Positions 36,802 to 50,510 of a DNA stretch of 64,000 nucleotides are shown here, one piece after another. Under the pieces are notes generated by a model. It was not told the origin of the DNA, searched no databases, and worked only from the letters and a program-made list of their open reading frames with translations. The stretch is from Octopus bimaculoides (taxonomy: Eukaryota), in the NCBI RefSeq assembly GCF_001194135.2, contig NC_068982.1, positions 30,017,056 to 30,081,055 of the forward strand. The letters run 5' to 3'. Made by a program: the position numbers and the translations under genes. Numbering within the stretch: position 1 is the stretch's first letter; every line of letters begins with the position of its first letter.

Positions 36802-37460
36802 CCACTTACACAAATACCCACACATATCTATAGTACTTTAAATATGTTTTTAGATTTAACAAATTCTTGATGGGTGAAGGTGAGGGTTGAAGCTGTAATG
36901 ATTCTAAACATATTACTTTAAATGGAATAAATGTAACCAAAGTGTCAGTTCCACTCATTTATGTGTAATCATCATCTTTCTCAGAAAAATGTGAGTGTTT
37001 CTTGCCTGATAGAGAGTCAAGAAGAGCTTTTTGGAAAATATTTTGGCTTCAAGGTGTTCTTAGGAAAACATATGTACACACACATATATATCTGCAATAT
37101 ATGTGTATGTATTTGAAAATAAAAATATATATCTTGGTAGCCTGGAGAAGTAGATTTCTCTAGCTTGTAATCTGTCATTTTGGTCTAATAAGGTTTCTTG
37201 GAGATAGTTCTGAATAAATTTGTATACATATACACAAAGAAAAATAGGAAATCCATGTGATTATCACCATTCTCTGTTGCATATGTGTGCATATAGATAT
37301 ATGTATAGTGTGTGTGTATATACATGTGTGTGTGTGTGTGTGTGCATACACAAACCGTATACAAAGCAGAACCATTTTCACCTGGAAAATATAATAAGAA
37401 ATTGTTATTTCAGTGCAAAGAAAAATTTAAGACATATTTGAGAATATACTGAAATATTAC

Positions 37461-37503
<43 letters not shown>

Positions 37504-37572
37504 TGTGTGTGTATACATACAAATACATCTGTTTGTATATCAATCTATCTATCCACCTGCACACACGCGCAT

Positions 37573-37626
<54 letters not shown>

Positions 37627-37913
37627 TCAGTTGAAAATATTCCCTGGAGGAGCTCCAAACATTTAGTGCTCGATAGGAATTTATCACCACATTTTAAAAA
37701 GTAATGGAATTCATGCAGCTGAAATACAAATTCTTAATGACAGCACTATGATTTGCAATTCACTTCTCTACCTACATGAAACCTGTATAAACCTCTCAAC
37801 AAGATGCTTGCCTGTTAAATAGGAAGTAAGTTATTCAAATAAAATTATTCTTTTTCACTTCGTATTTTTTTTTTCTCTTTTTAGTAGTATATTTATATTA
37901 AGTATCCCTTAAT

Positions 37914-37944
<31 letters not shown>

Positions 37945-39025
37945 ATCCTGCATGTTTGTGAAAATAATTTATAGCAAAGTAGTCATCTTAAGACCATGAA
38001 AATATTATTTCTGCCACTGGCCTGATTTGAATTGATTTATATATATCAAAATATGTGAAGTATATTTTCTACTCAGAGTTAGTGTAGATCAGTTATAAGT
38101 AACTTGTGGCTTTCTGGATTTACTGGATAGCATACCTAAAAAAAAGAAAAACAAATCATCTCGAATTTTTTAGTAGTATGGCCCATGAACATCCTGCTTC
38201 TCAAAACAGATTGCCCCCACCTGATGTAGATAATTATTTGTTTTTATTTAATGTGATGGTCTCTCTCATCGAAGATGACATTTGAGTGTTCAGTTTTTCA
38301 CTGAGCGATCTGCACAAATGATTTGTTTACAGTGAACAAATGTATGTGCTGTACATTAGCTCAATCCCTCCATAAAATTAATGTTGCCTGAACAGGTGCA
38401 AGGTGTACCACGTGTCAAATGTTGAAATCATCGCAGAGCAACATGAGGTGAAGTGTTTTGATCAAGAACACAATGCATCACTCAGTCTAGGAATTGAAAC
38501 CACGATCTCACGATCATGAGTGCAACATCCTAACCATTAGGCCATGCACCCTTACAACTACAAACTCTATACCAAAATCAAAAATAATTTTTAGTCTTTG
38601 GGGGTACCAGCTGTGACTGTTTTAGCTGGACATACCAACCCCAGTAGGTATGTCAGTCCGGTACATAATTTATTCAACTCTATTTATTGAATATTTAAGT
38701 TATCCATTTCATATAAAATGAAATTGTTCCTCACACTGTTCTGTACCAGCATATGAGTGAGTGAGGAGATATAGAAAAGCGGGGTATCTTGAATTAGAAT
38801 GTGACAAAGCTGGGCCCTTTGAATTACATGTACGATTCACCTTTGTCAGCTGAGTGGACTGAAGCAATGTGATATGATGTGTCTCGCTCAAGGACTCAAT
38901 GTGCCACACGGAATCAAATTCACAACCTTACAGCTGTGAGTTGAATACCCGAATGACTAAGCCACATGCCTTCACTACATATATATTACAGGTATATACC
39001 TACAAACATACACACACACACACAT

Positions 39026-39086
<61 letters not shown>

Positions 39087-39098
39087 CANNNNNNNNNN

Positions 39099-39151
<53 letters not shown>

Positions 39152-39185
39152 CATACACACAAACATCCCTCTCTCTCTCTCTCTC

Positions 39186-39229
<44 letters not shown>

Positions 39230-40173
39230 CATACATACGCATACTTATATAGCTATACACACACATGTATATCATCATCATCATCATCATCATTTAGCAT
39301 CTGTTTTACACGCTGGTATGGGTTAGACGGTTTGACTGAAATTGGCATGCTGGATGGCTGCACCAAGTTCCTGTCTGATTTGGCATGGTTTCTACAGCTG
39401 GATGTCTTTCCTAATGCCAAATAAATAAATACACTCACACACACACACACACTCTTGTTTCCAGTTTTCTGTAGAAAATATGTCTGGGTACAGGAAAACA
39501 TTATCCTGTTAGTAAATAGGTATGGTTTAGTGACAAGAAAGGCATGTAGCTATTTAAAATCTGCCACAACAGATTCTATCCAAGCATTGCAAGTATGGAA
39601 AAGTAGACATTCAATAACGATGATGATGCTTCTGCACTAACAACCAGCACTTGATCCTTATGGACAACCTTACTTTCTTATTAACATAGATACATCCTTC
39701 TCTAATAGCTTTACATAAATTCATCTCCATAAAATTTGAATAGATATTAATGTCATTTAACCTACCTTCCCTGGTAGCTACAAATATTATACATTAGAGA
39801 TTTTGATAGTATTTGTAATGTTGTATCTAATTTATATATAGTCGCTACATTATGGAATATGACATAGGACTTTACAATTTTATCTTTGTTGTTGTATTTT
39901 AACTATCCATAGCCTTAGCACCAGGTAATAGGATTATTTGTAATATTCATTGCTTTGTTCCTCAATCTTTTCCTTTAAGTGCATTATATTTAGTGTCTCT
40001 ATGATATTTTAGATATTTGGGCACTTCTTCAGAAATGCACCTCTCCAATTAAATTGAATGCAATGAAGAAAAAAAGTTATGAAAATGGAAGATATATACA
40101 AAATAAATGATGTATGCAGAAACTTAGAAAGATTCATCCATTTTAAAATATTTTATACTAAAAGATAAAACAG

Positions 40174-40372
40174 AAACGGGCTCTCTTGGAATATAAACAA
40201 ACATGTCGTACGATACAAGGGGTGGTAATATTCTTTTACCAGTCTGGTATTATTAATGATACTCTAACCCTAATACTAACCCCAACTTTAAAACTAACCG
40301 TAACCCTAAAAAGTAGATTACCACCCCTTGTATTGTCCGACATGTTTGTTTATATTTCACGAGTGCCTGTTT
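40174..40372. mobile_element. MITE-like foldback with 56-bp inverted arms and a TAACCC-like interior
   Basis: Arms 40174-40229 and 40317-40372, 50/56 complementary. Confidence 0.75.
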
Positions 40373-41960
40373 GAATAGACAACATGTGTGTGTGTATGTA
40401 TGTATATTCTTTTCCAACGTTAAGTTGATCCTTTCCATCTTCTGCTTAATTTCTCACTTACAATCATGACTTTGTTTCAATGCACTCACTGCATCTCTTC
40501 TCTTTACTGTTTATCTTCTGTCTCAGCTAAACTTACTGTATCTTAATATTCAGCCACTACTTTAATCCTGACAGCCCTTGCAAAGATGTTCTTGCAAATG
40601 GCATTTGAATATGAGCTCCACGGCCAAAACTCATTAAAATGTACATTGTCTTGTAAGATACTCAGTGATCTCACTAATGCCAATTTCATGAAAAAAGCAC
40701 CCAGTATTCTCTGTAAAGTGGTTGGGGTCAGGAAGTGCAGCATCCAGCCATAGAAACCATGCCAAAGCAAACACTGGGGTTTCATGCAGTCCTCTGGCTC
40801 AGCAACTCTTGTCAAACTATCCAACTCATGCTTGCATGGAAAGCAGACATGAAATGATGATGCTGTTGAGTCCTATAAACCAGTGGAAGCAGGACTAGCT
40901 TAAAATAACATTCTGTATTTCTTACTCAATGTGGATACATTTATCATATATTTTTATCATTTATCATATATTTTTAGCTGATCTGTGAATATCTCTTAAT
41001 GAGCATAGTGTTTATATATATATATATATGTATATATTTGTCCAGAATCACACCGGATGCGGAGGAGGAGAGAAAATAGTAATTCAGTGAAGGAGATGTT
41101 GTGAGAGGGAGTGAGAGAAAGTAATAGCAATGAGAGAAAGGAAGGGGTGATAGATGAATAAGGAAGGAAGGGGTGAAAAAAGATCAGTGTTTCAACACTG
41201 TGTGAGTGTATGTGTGTGCATGTACAAGGAAAGTATGTGAATGTTTGTATGTGTAATTATTATGTACCTTATTTTGTACCTTATTTATATATAAAATACT
41301 ACAGTTAGCTGTCATTATTGATGGCACATGGTCAGCTAGTAGTCTTATAAGTTATTAACTAAATTTTGGAGATAATGGTTTGACTTAGGTGTCTAACTTC
41401 TAAATTTATAATGTATTTGTCATTGTTGTTGCATAGTCATGATAGAAATAAAGAATATTTTACTGATTAACTAAATATTAGTGATATTAGTTAGATTTCT
41501 GTCATTAACCTTCACAGAATATATTGACGTACAAACATAACAATACTTTGTATATATATATATATATATATATATATNNNNNNNNNNNNNNNNNNNNNNN
41601 NNNNNNNNNNNNNNNNNNNNNNNNNNNNNNNNNNNNNNNNNNNNNNNNNNNNNNNNNNNNNNNNNNNNNNNNNNNNNNNNNNNNNNNNNNNNNNNNNNNN
41701 NNNNNNNNNNNNNNNNNNNNNNNNNNNNNNNNNNNNNNNNNNNNNNNNNNNNNNNNNNNNNNNNNNNNNNNNNNNNNNNNNNNNNNNNNNNNNNNNNNNN
41801 NNNNNNNNNNNNNNNNNNNNNNNNNNNNNNNNNNNNNNNNNNNNNNNNNNNNNNNNNNNNNNNNNNNNNNNNNNNNNNNNNNNNNNNNNNNNNNNNNNNN
41901 NNNNNNNNNNNNNNNNNNNNNNNNNNNNNNNNNNNNNNNNNNNNNNNNNNNNNNNNNNNN

Positions 41961-42003
<43 letters not shown>

Positions 42004-42894
42004 TCTATAATGATACTTCTTCCACAGTTTGATTGCAAATTAGTGAGATAGTGCTGAATTAATCTAAACTAACTGAGCAAATCACCTGAATCATATTTCT
42101 TTGGTCACTAAATCCCATAAATATTTTCCTTCTATTTGATTTGCACATTTAGTCTCTTTAAGAGATTCGTTTTTGAGTATATTATTCAGTTATTGATTTT
42201 TGATTCTGATATAGTCAAGTTTTATAGGGTATTAAGCTCCAGATACTCTGTTTTTACATTTCCTGGCAGTGTTCCTCCAAAATTTTTTTTTCTCTATCAA
42301 GTATGTTGAATTTCCATTAACTGTTATAATACCAAAGTACATTGATATGGTTGGTTGTCTTTCATAAGAGATGTTTAGTTTTCCTTCTAAGTAATTTTTT
42401 TTCTTTCTAATTAATGATTAATTGATAAATTAATTAAAAAAAAAGCAACCCAAAGAGAGCTGTAGCTATCTGTATCAAGAGTTAAAACAAACTAGTTTAG
42501 TTTATTTGTTATAATGATCCTACGTAATGAATCTAGTCTTTGTATAATTATTCAAGTTTATTTATTAGTTTAATTTCATTAGTTGTCAACTGCTAGGTTA
42601 CTAACTAGTATTATGTCAGCAGCTATGAGCTAGATTTCTCTCTTTGTGCAGAAAGCATCCTAGTGTATCATCAGAAGTTGTTGGAAATGGATTGTATTTG
42701 AACAAATCTAACACTAAAAATTATGTCTGATGCAATGAATAAATAGTGGAAATATATTTTATATACTTTTATAGAATTTGATAGGTGCAGGTGTGGCTGT
42801 GTGGTTAAGAAGCTTTTTCTCGACCATGTGGTCTTAGGTTCAATCCCACTGTGTGGCACCTGAAAGTGCCTGAAAAAAAAAAAAATTTTTTAAA

Positions 42895-43275
42895 TTGTTA
42901 CAGTCATTTGACTGCGGCCATGCTGGAGCACCGCCTTTAGTCGAGCAAATCAACCCCGGGACTTATTCTTTGTAAGCCCAGTACTTATTCTATCGGTCTC
43001 TTTTGCTGAACTGCTAAGTGACGGGGACATAAACACACCAGCATCTGTTGTCAAGCAATGCTAGGGGGACAGACAAAGACACACACACACACACACACAC
43101 ACACTCATATATATACATATATACGACGAGCTTCTTTCAGTTTCCATCTACCAAATCCACTCACAAGGCTTTGGTTGGCCCGGGACTATAGTAGAAGACA
43201 GTTGCCCAAGATGCCACACAGTGTGACTGAACCCAGAACCATGTGGTTGGTAAGCAAGCCACTTACCACACAGCC
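42895..43275 (-). mobile_element. SINE family A (with an opposing head fragment at 42782-42865)
   Basis: Near-consensus copy. Confidence 0.88.
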
Positions 43276-43354
43276 NNNNNNNNNNNNNNNNNNNNNNNNN
43301 NNNNNNNNNNNNNNNNNNNNNNNNNNNNNNNNNNNNNNNNNNNNNNNNNNNNNN

Positions 43355-44695
43355 ATTCTATATCTACTCAAGTTTTCACCACTCACTTCTCACCCCTCTG
43401 CACTCTCAAATCCTGCTCCTTTCACAAAATCCTGCCACTTATATTACAACCTTCAAACCTCATGGCTATGTCCTGGCGCTTGTCACCGTCTATATCTCTC
43501 TTTGTTCCTTCACTCAACCATCCCATTTATATTCTGACCCCCATCCATTGTGAGTATGCCTGGCACTTTTCCTCCATCTATATCCTGCTATCTCTCACTC
43601 TCTCTCTCCCTCTCCTGCATTTCCTTCATGTTGGGTAACCATGTAGCTCCTTGCAGTAGCACACCTGTTTCTGTCTTCATTCTCTCTCTGTCTCTCTGTC
43701 TCTCTCTGTCTGTCTGTCTCTCTCTGTCTGTCTGTCTGTCTGTCTCTCTCTGTCTCTCTCTGTCTGTCTGTCTCTCTGTCTCTCTCTGTCTGTCTGTCTC
43801 TCTGTCTCTCTCTGTCTCTCTGCATCTGTCTCTCTCTCTCTGTCTGTCTGTCTTTCTCTCTCTGTGTCTCTCTCTCTGTGCCTCTCTCTCTGTGTTTTTC
43901 TCTCTCTCTGTGTCTCTCTCTCTGTGTCTCTCTCTCTGTGTCTCTCTCTCTCTGTGTCTCTGTCTCTCTGTCTCTCTCTGTCTCTCTCTCTCTCTCTGTC
44001 TCTGTCTCTCTGTCTCTCTCTCTCTCTGTCTCTGTCTCTCTGTCTCTCTCTCTCTCTCTCTGTGTCTCTCTCTCTCTCTCTCTGTGTCTCTCTCTCTCTC
44101 TCTCTGTGTCTCTCTCTCTGTCTCTCTCTATCTCTGTGTCTCTCTCTCTCTGTGTCTCTCTCTCTCTGTGTCTCTTTCTGTATCTCTCTCTCTGTCTCTG
44201 TCTGTCTGTCTGTCTGTTTGTCTCTGTCTCTCTGTCTCTCTCTCTCTCTGTCTCTCTCTCTCTGTGGCTGGGTAATCTTGTATCTCTACAGCAAGACACC
44301 TGTTTTTGTCTCGCTAAAGCCTTTGATCATCTGACAGAAAATCACCTCCTCTCCTCGCAAATGATTTTTGTCTTGCAAGTTACTTAGTGACCCTGTGAGT
44401 GCAGGTATCTCTTAAAAGTCATCCAGTCCACACTGTAAAGTGGTTGGTGTTCGGAAGGGCATCCAACCGTAAGAGAACCTTGACAAAACTTACCTCGCTT
44501 GTGCTGGTACCACATAAAAATTACTAAGTCCACTCTGCTGAGTGGTTGGCATTAGGAAGGGCATCCAGCTGTAAAACTCCTGCCAAAACAGTTACAGAAG
44601 TCTGGTGCAGGCTCCTTCCTGGCCAGCTCTTGGCAAACCATCCCACCCATGCCAGCATGAAAGGCAGATATTAAACGATGATGATGATGATGAAG
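43355..44695 (+). mobile_element. Long family-D-related element with a pyrimidine-rich 5' region and an internal (TC)/(TCTG) expansion
   Basis: Duplicated GGGTAA...CACCTGTTT subunit at about 43633 and 44269; two family-D tail segments ending in (GAT)n. Confidence 0.6.
43681..44265 (+). repeat. ~585-bp (TC)n/(TCTG)n low-complexity tract
   Basis: Seen directly; source of the Ser/Leu and Arg/Glu pseudo-ORFs. Confidence 0.97.
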
Positions 44696-45093
44696 GGAGA
44701 ATATTTTAATCTCTTCCTCTATTATTTATTTATGTTCTGTATCTTGGCTATTAAAACCAACACACATATTGCTGAATTTTTGTGATTTATTTACTGGGTT
44801 GTCTTTATCAAAGCTTCCCATACATACTTGAGTATGTTGTTTCTGAAGGTAGTTATTCACCCTGTTTGTAGATTTCATAATGAACAAGCTATAAAAAAGG
44901 CCATGAAAAACCTGTTTTTCTCGTGTGTATGTATGTATGTATGTATGTATGTATGTATGTGTGTGTGTTTGTTGTATGTGTATGCCTAGGTCTGTTATAA
45001 CCAAATTTGATGGCTTAAAAGATGCAGTGGGTATATTAAACTCAACCCAATTCCAGCTGTGCATATTCAGGATAAAAGATTTTAGTACATTAA

Positions 45094-45310
45094 CCCTTTT
45101 GATACTAACCCACTTGAAACCGCCTCTGGCTGTGTGGTACAAATGTCTTGTTTTCAAAAGTTTTGAATTAAAATCTTCCACCAAACCTTAGACACAATTT
45201 AATGTTCCTAACACTAACTTAATAATAACTAAATTATTTTACTAAATTCTTTATTATATTTAAAATTAATTGAAAGAAACACAGAGTATCTCAACGGAAA
45301 TAGAGTAAAC
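45094..45310 (+). mobile_element. TTAA MITE family 2
   Basis: TTAA|CCCTTTTGATACTAACC start; homologous to the other two copies. Confidence 0.6.
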
Positions 45311-46071
45311 TTTTCATAAAGGACTCAGAGCAGTTTTTTTTTAGCAATTTTTAGGAAAAATGTGCATCTTATATACCTTCACATTTGGTAATTGCATTTA
45401 ATTTCTACTAAAGTGTATTTTTATTGTCTTGAATGTATAGTTTGTTTTTGTTATTATTATGTAATAAATTACAAATCACACATGCATAACCTTCTTTTTG
45501 CACAAAATACTATATGCATTAAAAGCCAAAACAAAACATAAAAATAAAGTCTTTCCTGCCAATAACATCACTTTCCTTTATAATCTAACAATTAGAAGAT
45601 ACACCAAAAAAACATTTGAATAAACCCATTTTTAGATATTTCCTGCTCAATCCTCACTGGTTATGTTCAACTTTGAACATATTCAATAGAATATTAAGAT
45701 TTAATTTGAATATTTTTATAGTTTCCTTGAACTTTTGTTGTGGTAATATTTTAAAATTTTATACTTCTGAAAAAAAAAAAAAAAATTCTTTTTCTTTTAT
45801 CTGTGTAACATGGTTCATGTATTGGTTTCTATTTTGATGTGCATAAATATGGTGTTAATTGTTGATAAATGCATGTTCCAACCTCTGAGAAGATGTAAAG
45901 ACAGAAAGAAACAGGTTGAGAATGCTGCAAAGTCAACATCTCAAATACTTGCATTTGTAATATATTTGATAGGCAGCATTTAACAAATCTTTTAAACTCT
46001 TTTCTTACTATAGTTCAGATGATATACATTGCTTTCATTCCCATTGATGTTTAAAAATAATGGAAAATATT

Positions 46072-46237
46072 GTCACAAGTGTGGCTGTGTGGTAAGAAGC
46101 TTGCTTCCCAACCACACGTTTCCGGGTTTTGTCCCACTGCATGACACCTTGGGCAAGTGTCTTCTACTATAGCCTTGGGTTGCCCAAATCCTTGTGAGTG
46201 GATTTGGTAGACAGAAACTGAAAAGAAGCCTGTCGTG

Positions 46238-46278
<41 letters not shown>

Positions 46279-46490
46279 GTGTGTCTTTGTGTCTGTGTTT
46301 GTCCCCCGATTACTGCTTGACAACTGGTGTTGGTGTCATTATATCCCTGTAACTTAGTGGTTCAGTTAAAGAGACGGATAGAATAAGTACTAGGCTATAA
46401 AATATAAGTCCTGGGATCAATTTGTTTGACTAAAACCAGTGCTCCAGCATTGCCGCGTCAAATGATTGAAACAAGTAAAAGAATAAAAGA
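46072..46490 (+). mobile_element. SINE family A
   Basis: Full copy, followed by family E (46495-46680) and an inverted family D (46685-46850). Confidence 0.85.
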
Positions 46491-46929
46491 AAGTGTCATC
46501 ATCTTGCAGACAGCGTCCTTTGTATCAGGCTTCCATTAAAACATGCCTGGTCATGGAGGAATATTCCCTTCATTAGAAACAGATGAGGGTTGGCTACAGG
46601 ATGGCTATCCAGCTGTGGAAAGTCTGCTTCATCAAATTCTGTCTGACTCATGCAAGCATGGAAAATTGGACATTCCTATGATCATCCTTTAGTGTCAGCT
46701 TTCCATACTGCCATGGGTTGGATGGTTTGGCCAGAGCTGACAATCCAAAGAGCTGCACCAGGTTCCAGTCTGATTTGGCTTGGTTTTTATGGCTGGATGC
46801 TTTTTTTAATGCCAACTACATTACTGAGTGTGCTGGATAAATTCTTTTGACTATTATTGGTCAGGGAATCACAAAGTGGCACAAACTGGTGATTTTTTAA
46901 ATGTTTCTTTAAATGTGTAATTCGTGTAT

Positions 46930-47014
46930 ATTCACCTGTGGAAAATGGTTTTTTCGCATGATGTAATATCTCTGTTCATCAGTAAAAGACTTGTTGGAAA
47001 CAGCTGTAGTGAAT
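46930..47014 (+). ncRNA. Hammerhead-like motif with A6U core and long imperfect stem II
   Basis: ATTCAC-CTGTGGA-(54 nt)-GAA-ACAGCTGT-A-GTGAAT; perfect 6-bp stem I and palindromic stem III. Confidence 0.55.
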
Positions 47015-47191
47015 GAACCATTATCCATCTGTTGGTATGTATATATATATGTATGTATGTATGTATGTATGCTCACACACACATGCAACAGTTAATTACA
47101 CTTGCACACACATACTCTCTCATAATAATTGAGTTCTGTTTTTCCTGTTTGTTCCACCACCCATATGTATGTATATGTATATATATTTACA

Positions 47192-47237
<46 letters not shown>

Positions 47238-50184
47238 CATGCTTTTACCTTCTTTTTGTAGCTGTTAGAGATATTAATTGAGTTTCGTTTGGTGTATACT
47301 GAACTCATGTTGGAATATGTCATCATGGTTAAAATAATTCCTATTTGTACAATTTTCATTTGCTGTTTTTTATTTTATTATATTCTATTTTATTTTATTT
47401 ACTAATTTTTTGCTGAATTTTTTTTTTTTTGCTATTGAGAATTCTGAGTAAAAATGGCTATGGTTACTCCTGCAACGATTTTTGATATGATCAGAACAGA
47501 AGCATCATTCTATACAGATAAAGTGTGAGTGTGCATGCATGAGTGTATGTGTGTGTGCGTGTGCGCATGCATACATGCATGTGTGTGGTGGGGATGGCGG
47601 ATAGAATGGCAAGGTCATTTAGGAAAATGAAAGCGTATAGTGGATATTTATTCTAAGTAGACAACCTCAAAGAAGATTGTGTGTTTCTGATTAACAACAT
47701 AAATATAGAAATCGCTGTAAATTATGAATGCATAAATTGAAGAAATCCCCCAAAGGGAGAAAGCAAACTGAAACAAAAAAACAAAATGAATAAAAAAAAA
47801 TTAAAAGGAAATCTTCATTGTTAGTTGGTTAACGATAATTGCACCCTGTTTTGAGTGTGGAAATAAATTTGAGTGAAGTTTTAAAAATAGATTTTTATTT
47901 ATTAACTTAAGCAATATTGTTATGGCGTTAAACTTTATGACTCTCTGCTTGGCCTGCAGCTTTATGTCATCTGCGAAGTGTTTATATTTTTCGAGGTATA
48001 TAGCATTCTGAAATACCATTAAAACATCAAAGCTGTTTTAAAACTGCATTTGGTACTTTTATGTAAAGCTGCCAGTAAAATAATTAAAAAAAAAAAACAA
48101 AAAACAAAATCTCTCTTCTTTTCACATTGACTTTATAATTTTTACTCGTTTAAAACATTAATAGTTTTCAGAATTATTTCGTTCAATATTCAAACTACCC
48201 TCATTACCATATCTGCTGTGATATTTGTGCCCCCCCCCCCCCAATATTAATGGATAGATAAATTCACTTGATTTTTGTAACACCCACTACGAATTATTCT
48301 TTCTACTTTGTAGTTGACATGATGCCCCAATAATCTAGGTATTTTATTCAGCATATATTCATTGTAACAACTTGTATAAATTTTATGTTATTTCGGATTT
48401 TCTTTTACAAACAACAACAATAAAAGCCCCAAACAAATTGTTTTATTTATTAAAACCAATTAAAATTAACTATCCTCTTACAAATCATTCATATTAATCT
48501 TGTCCTTTTTTTTTTTTTTTTGCTTCCTTCTGAATATTTCAAACACTAATTTTATCTATTTCAGTTTCATTTTTCTGTACACGTTTGAATTAGGGAAAAA
48601 TGCTGTTGCTAAGAAAAACAATTGTTTGTCAATAGTGCATTTTAAATATGTGTAACTCTAGTGATTTCTTATTGGAATATTTGTCATTAAAATATATCCA
48701 CCATCTTATGTTATGTACTCCACAAATCATTATTACATCTCAGTTATTTTTGTTTCTCAATATTCCTTGTCAACATGGGTTAAGCTGATTGAGGCATGAA
48801 AATATTCAATTCAGTGCCTGGAATGCATTCAACAGAGTATAATATTTCCAGAGTGGAAACTAACCTAGTCATTGTCTATTTTTTACTCCCCATTCCTGTT
48901 CTGTCATTGTTAGCTTACCACACAAGTCATTTTCAAAATTGGTGTTACCATATAATTATCTGTATACTTTTATTTCTTGATATAATATTAGATGAAAAAA
49001 CAAAAAAACAAAAAAAAACAAAAAACAAAAGGGAAAAAATTCTTTATGCCATTATTTTCTCTCCTTTTTTTCTTCTTATTCTTTCATCCTTTCTCCTCAT
49101 TTTTCCTTTGCTGTTGCCACTTGCAATCTTTCTCTACATAAAGCTTCATGTTTATATCCCTTTGTATCCCTGCTTTCTTTCACTCCCATTACATTTTGCT
49201 TTCATCATGCACTATTTCATTGTATATCAACATTTCACAACCAAATCACTCACTGTCCAAGGAAAGCTGTGTTTTCAAAGATTTATTAGATATAGTAACT
49301 GGTTATAGTTGTTGTAACTTGCCACATTAACAAAATAAAATGGGAAGAAAAAGTAGTTCTCAATAATTTTTTAGCCTCCACTTCTATGTTATTAAAAGCA
49401 ATCCCACAATACATATTATGCAAAAATTGGTTGCAGCTACGTCAAGGGGCTCTTAGGGATCACTAAGGTGTTATGCTTTTATGATACCACCACCATCACT
49501 ACCACCACCACCACCGTTTTATGCTGGCATTGGTTGGGTGATTTGATGGGATCCAGTGGGTTCCAGAATTGCATCATGCTCTACTATCTTATTATCACCA
49601 ACTGTTTTAGAGTGTGTACTCAGTGTTTTATTTTTATACAACCAACACTAGTGGGTTCGCCATGCAGCATGCAACACCATAAGCTTTGGGTGGCTGCAAA
49701 ATAATGTAATGTGCTAGGGGGAAGCGAGTTTGTTTTTATGTTCAATTTTTTCCCTATGGTAGCATGGGTTGGACAAAAATATTATGGGTGCTTGTTTACA
49801 GCTGAATGCCATTTTTGTCAGTAACCATTACCTGTTTTTTGAGTAAGTGGTTTTTTTCTTTTTTTTTCCTTCTCAATCCTCATGTCTTTGAAAGTGCAAA
49901 GCCAGTTGACGAATTGCTGAAAAGAGAAATGACAACAACATCAATGCTTGCTGCTCAGCAATTTTTCAAAAAATTTCAGCAAAATGTAAACACACCCCCA
50001 CACACATGCACACATGCATAGATATATATTTGTGGATGTGTAATATTTTCTCATAGCCAAACCTGTTTCTGTGGAAGATTAGAAATGAGGGACACTGCTT
50101 CTCTGGCTGTAAAGTTCACATGCAACTATCATGCACTGCTGAGACAAAGTGCTGCAACACCCCGGTCCCATTATCTCGCCCCCT

Positions 50185-50462
50185 GTCTGTCTGTCTGTCT
50201 GCCTGTCTGTCTGTCTGCCTGTCTGTCTGTCTGCCTGTCTGTCTGTCTGCCTGTCTGTCTGCCTGTCTGTCTGTCTGTNNNNNNNNNNNNNNNNNNNNNN
50301 NNNNNNNNNNNNNNNNNNNNNNNNNNNNNNNNNNNNNNNNNNNNNNNNNNNNNNNNNNNNNNNNNNNNNNNNNNNNNNNNNNNNNNNNNNNNNNNNNNNN
50401 NNNNNNNNNNNNNNNNNNNNNNNNNNNNNNNNNNNNNNNNNNNNNNNNNNNNNNNNNNNNNN

Positions 50463-50507
<45 letters not shown>
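50185..50507 (+). repeat. (CTGT/CTGC)n tract, then a gap, then (CA)n
   Basis: Seen directly. Many other (TA)n, (CA)n, (GAT)n and (AAT)n tracts occur, e.g. 830-895, 9365-9412, 9705-9747, 20757-20835, 21823-22020, 37465-37625, 54860-55275. Confidence 0.95.

Positions 50508-50510
<3 letters not shown>

Noticed and set aside
40490-40655. Very strong polypyrimidine tract and AG at 40525-26; alternative 99-nt open exon from 40554
   Set aside because: All frames from 40527 stop within 13 codons; the alternative has a weak donor context running into SINE sequence.
47960-47990. FADDIKL resembling a reverse-transcriptase YADD motif
   Set aside because: No flanking RT motifs in any frame.
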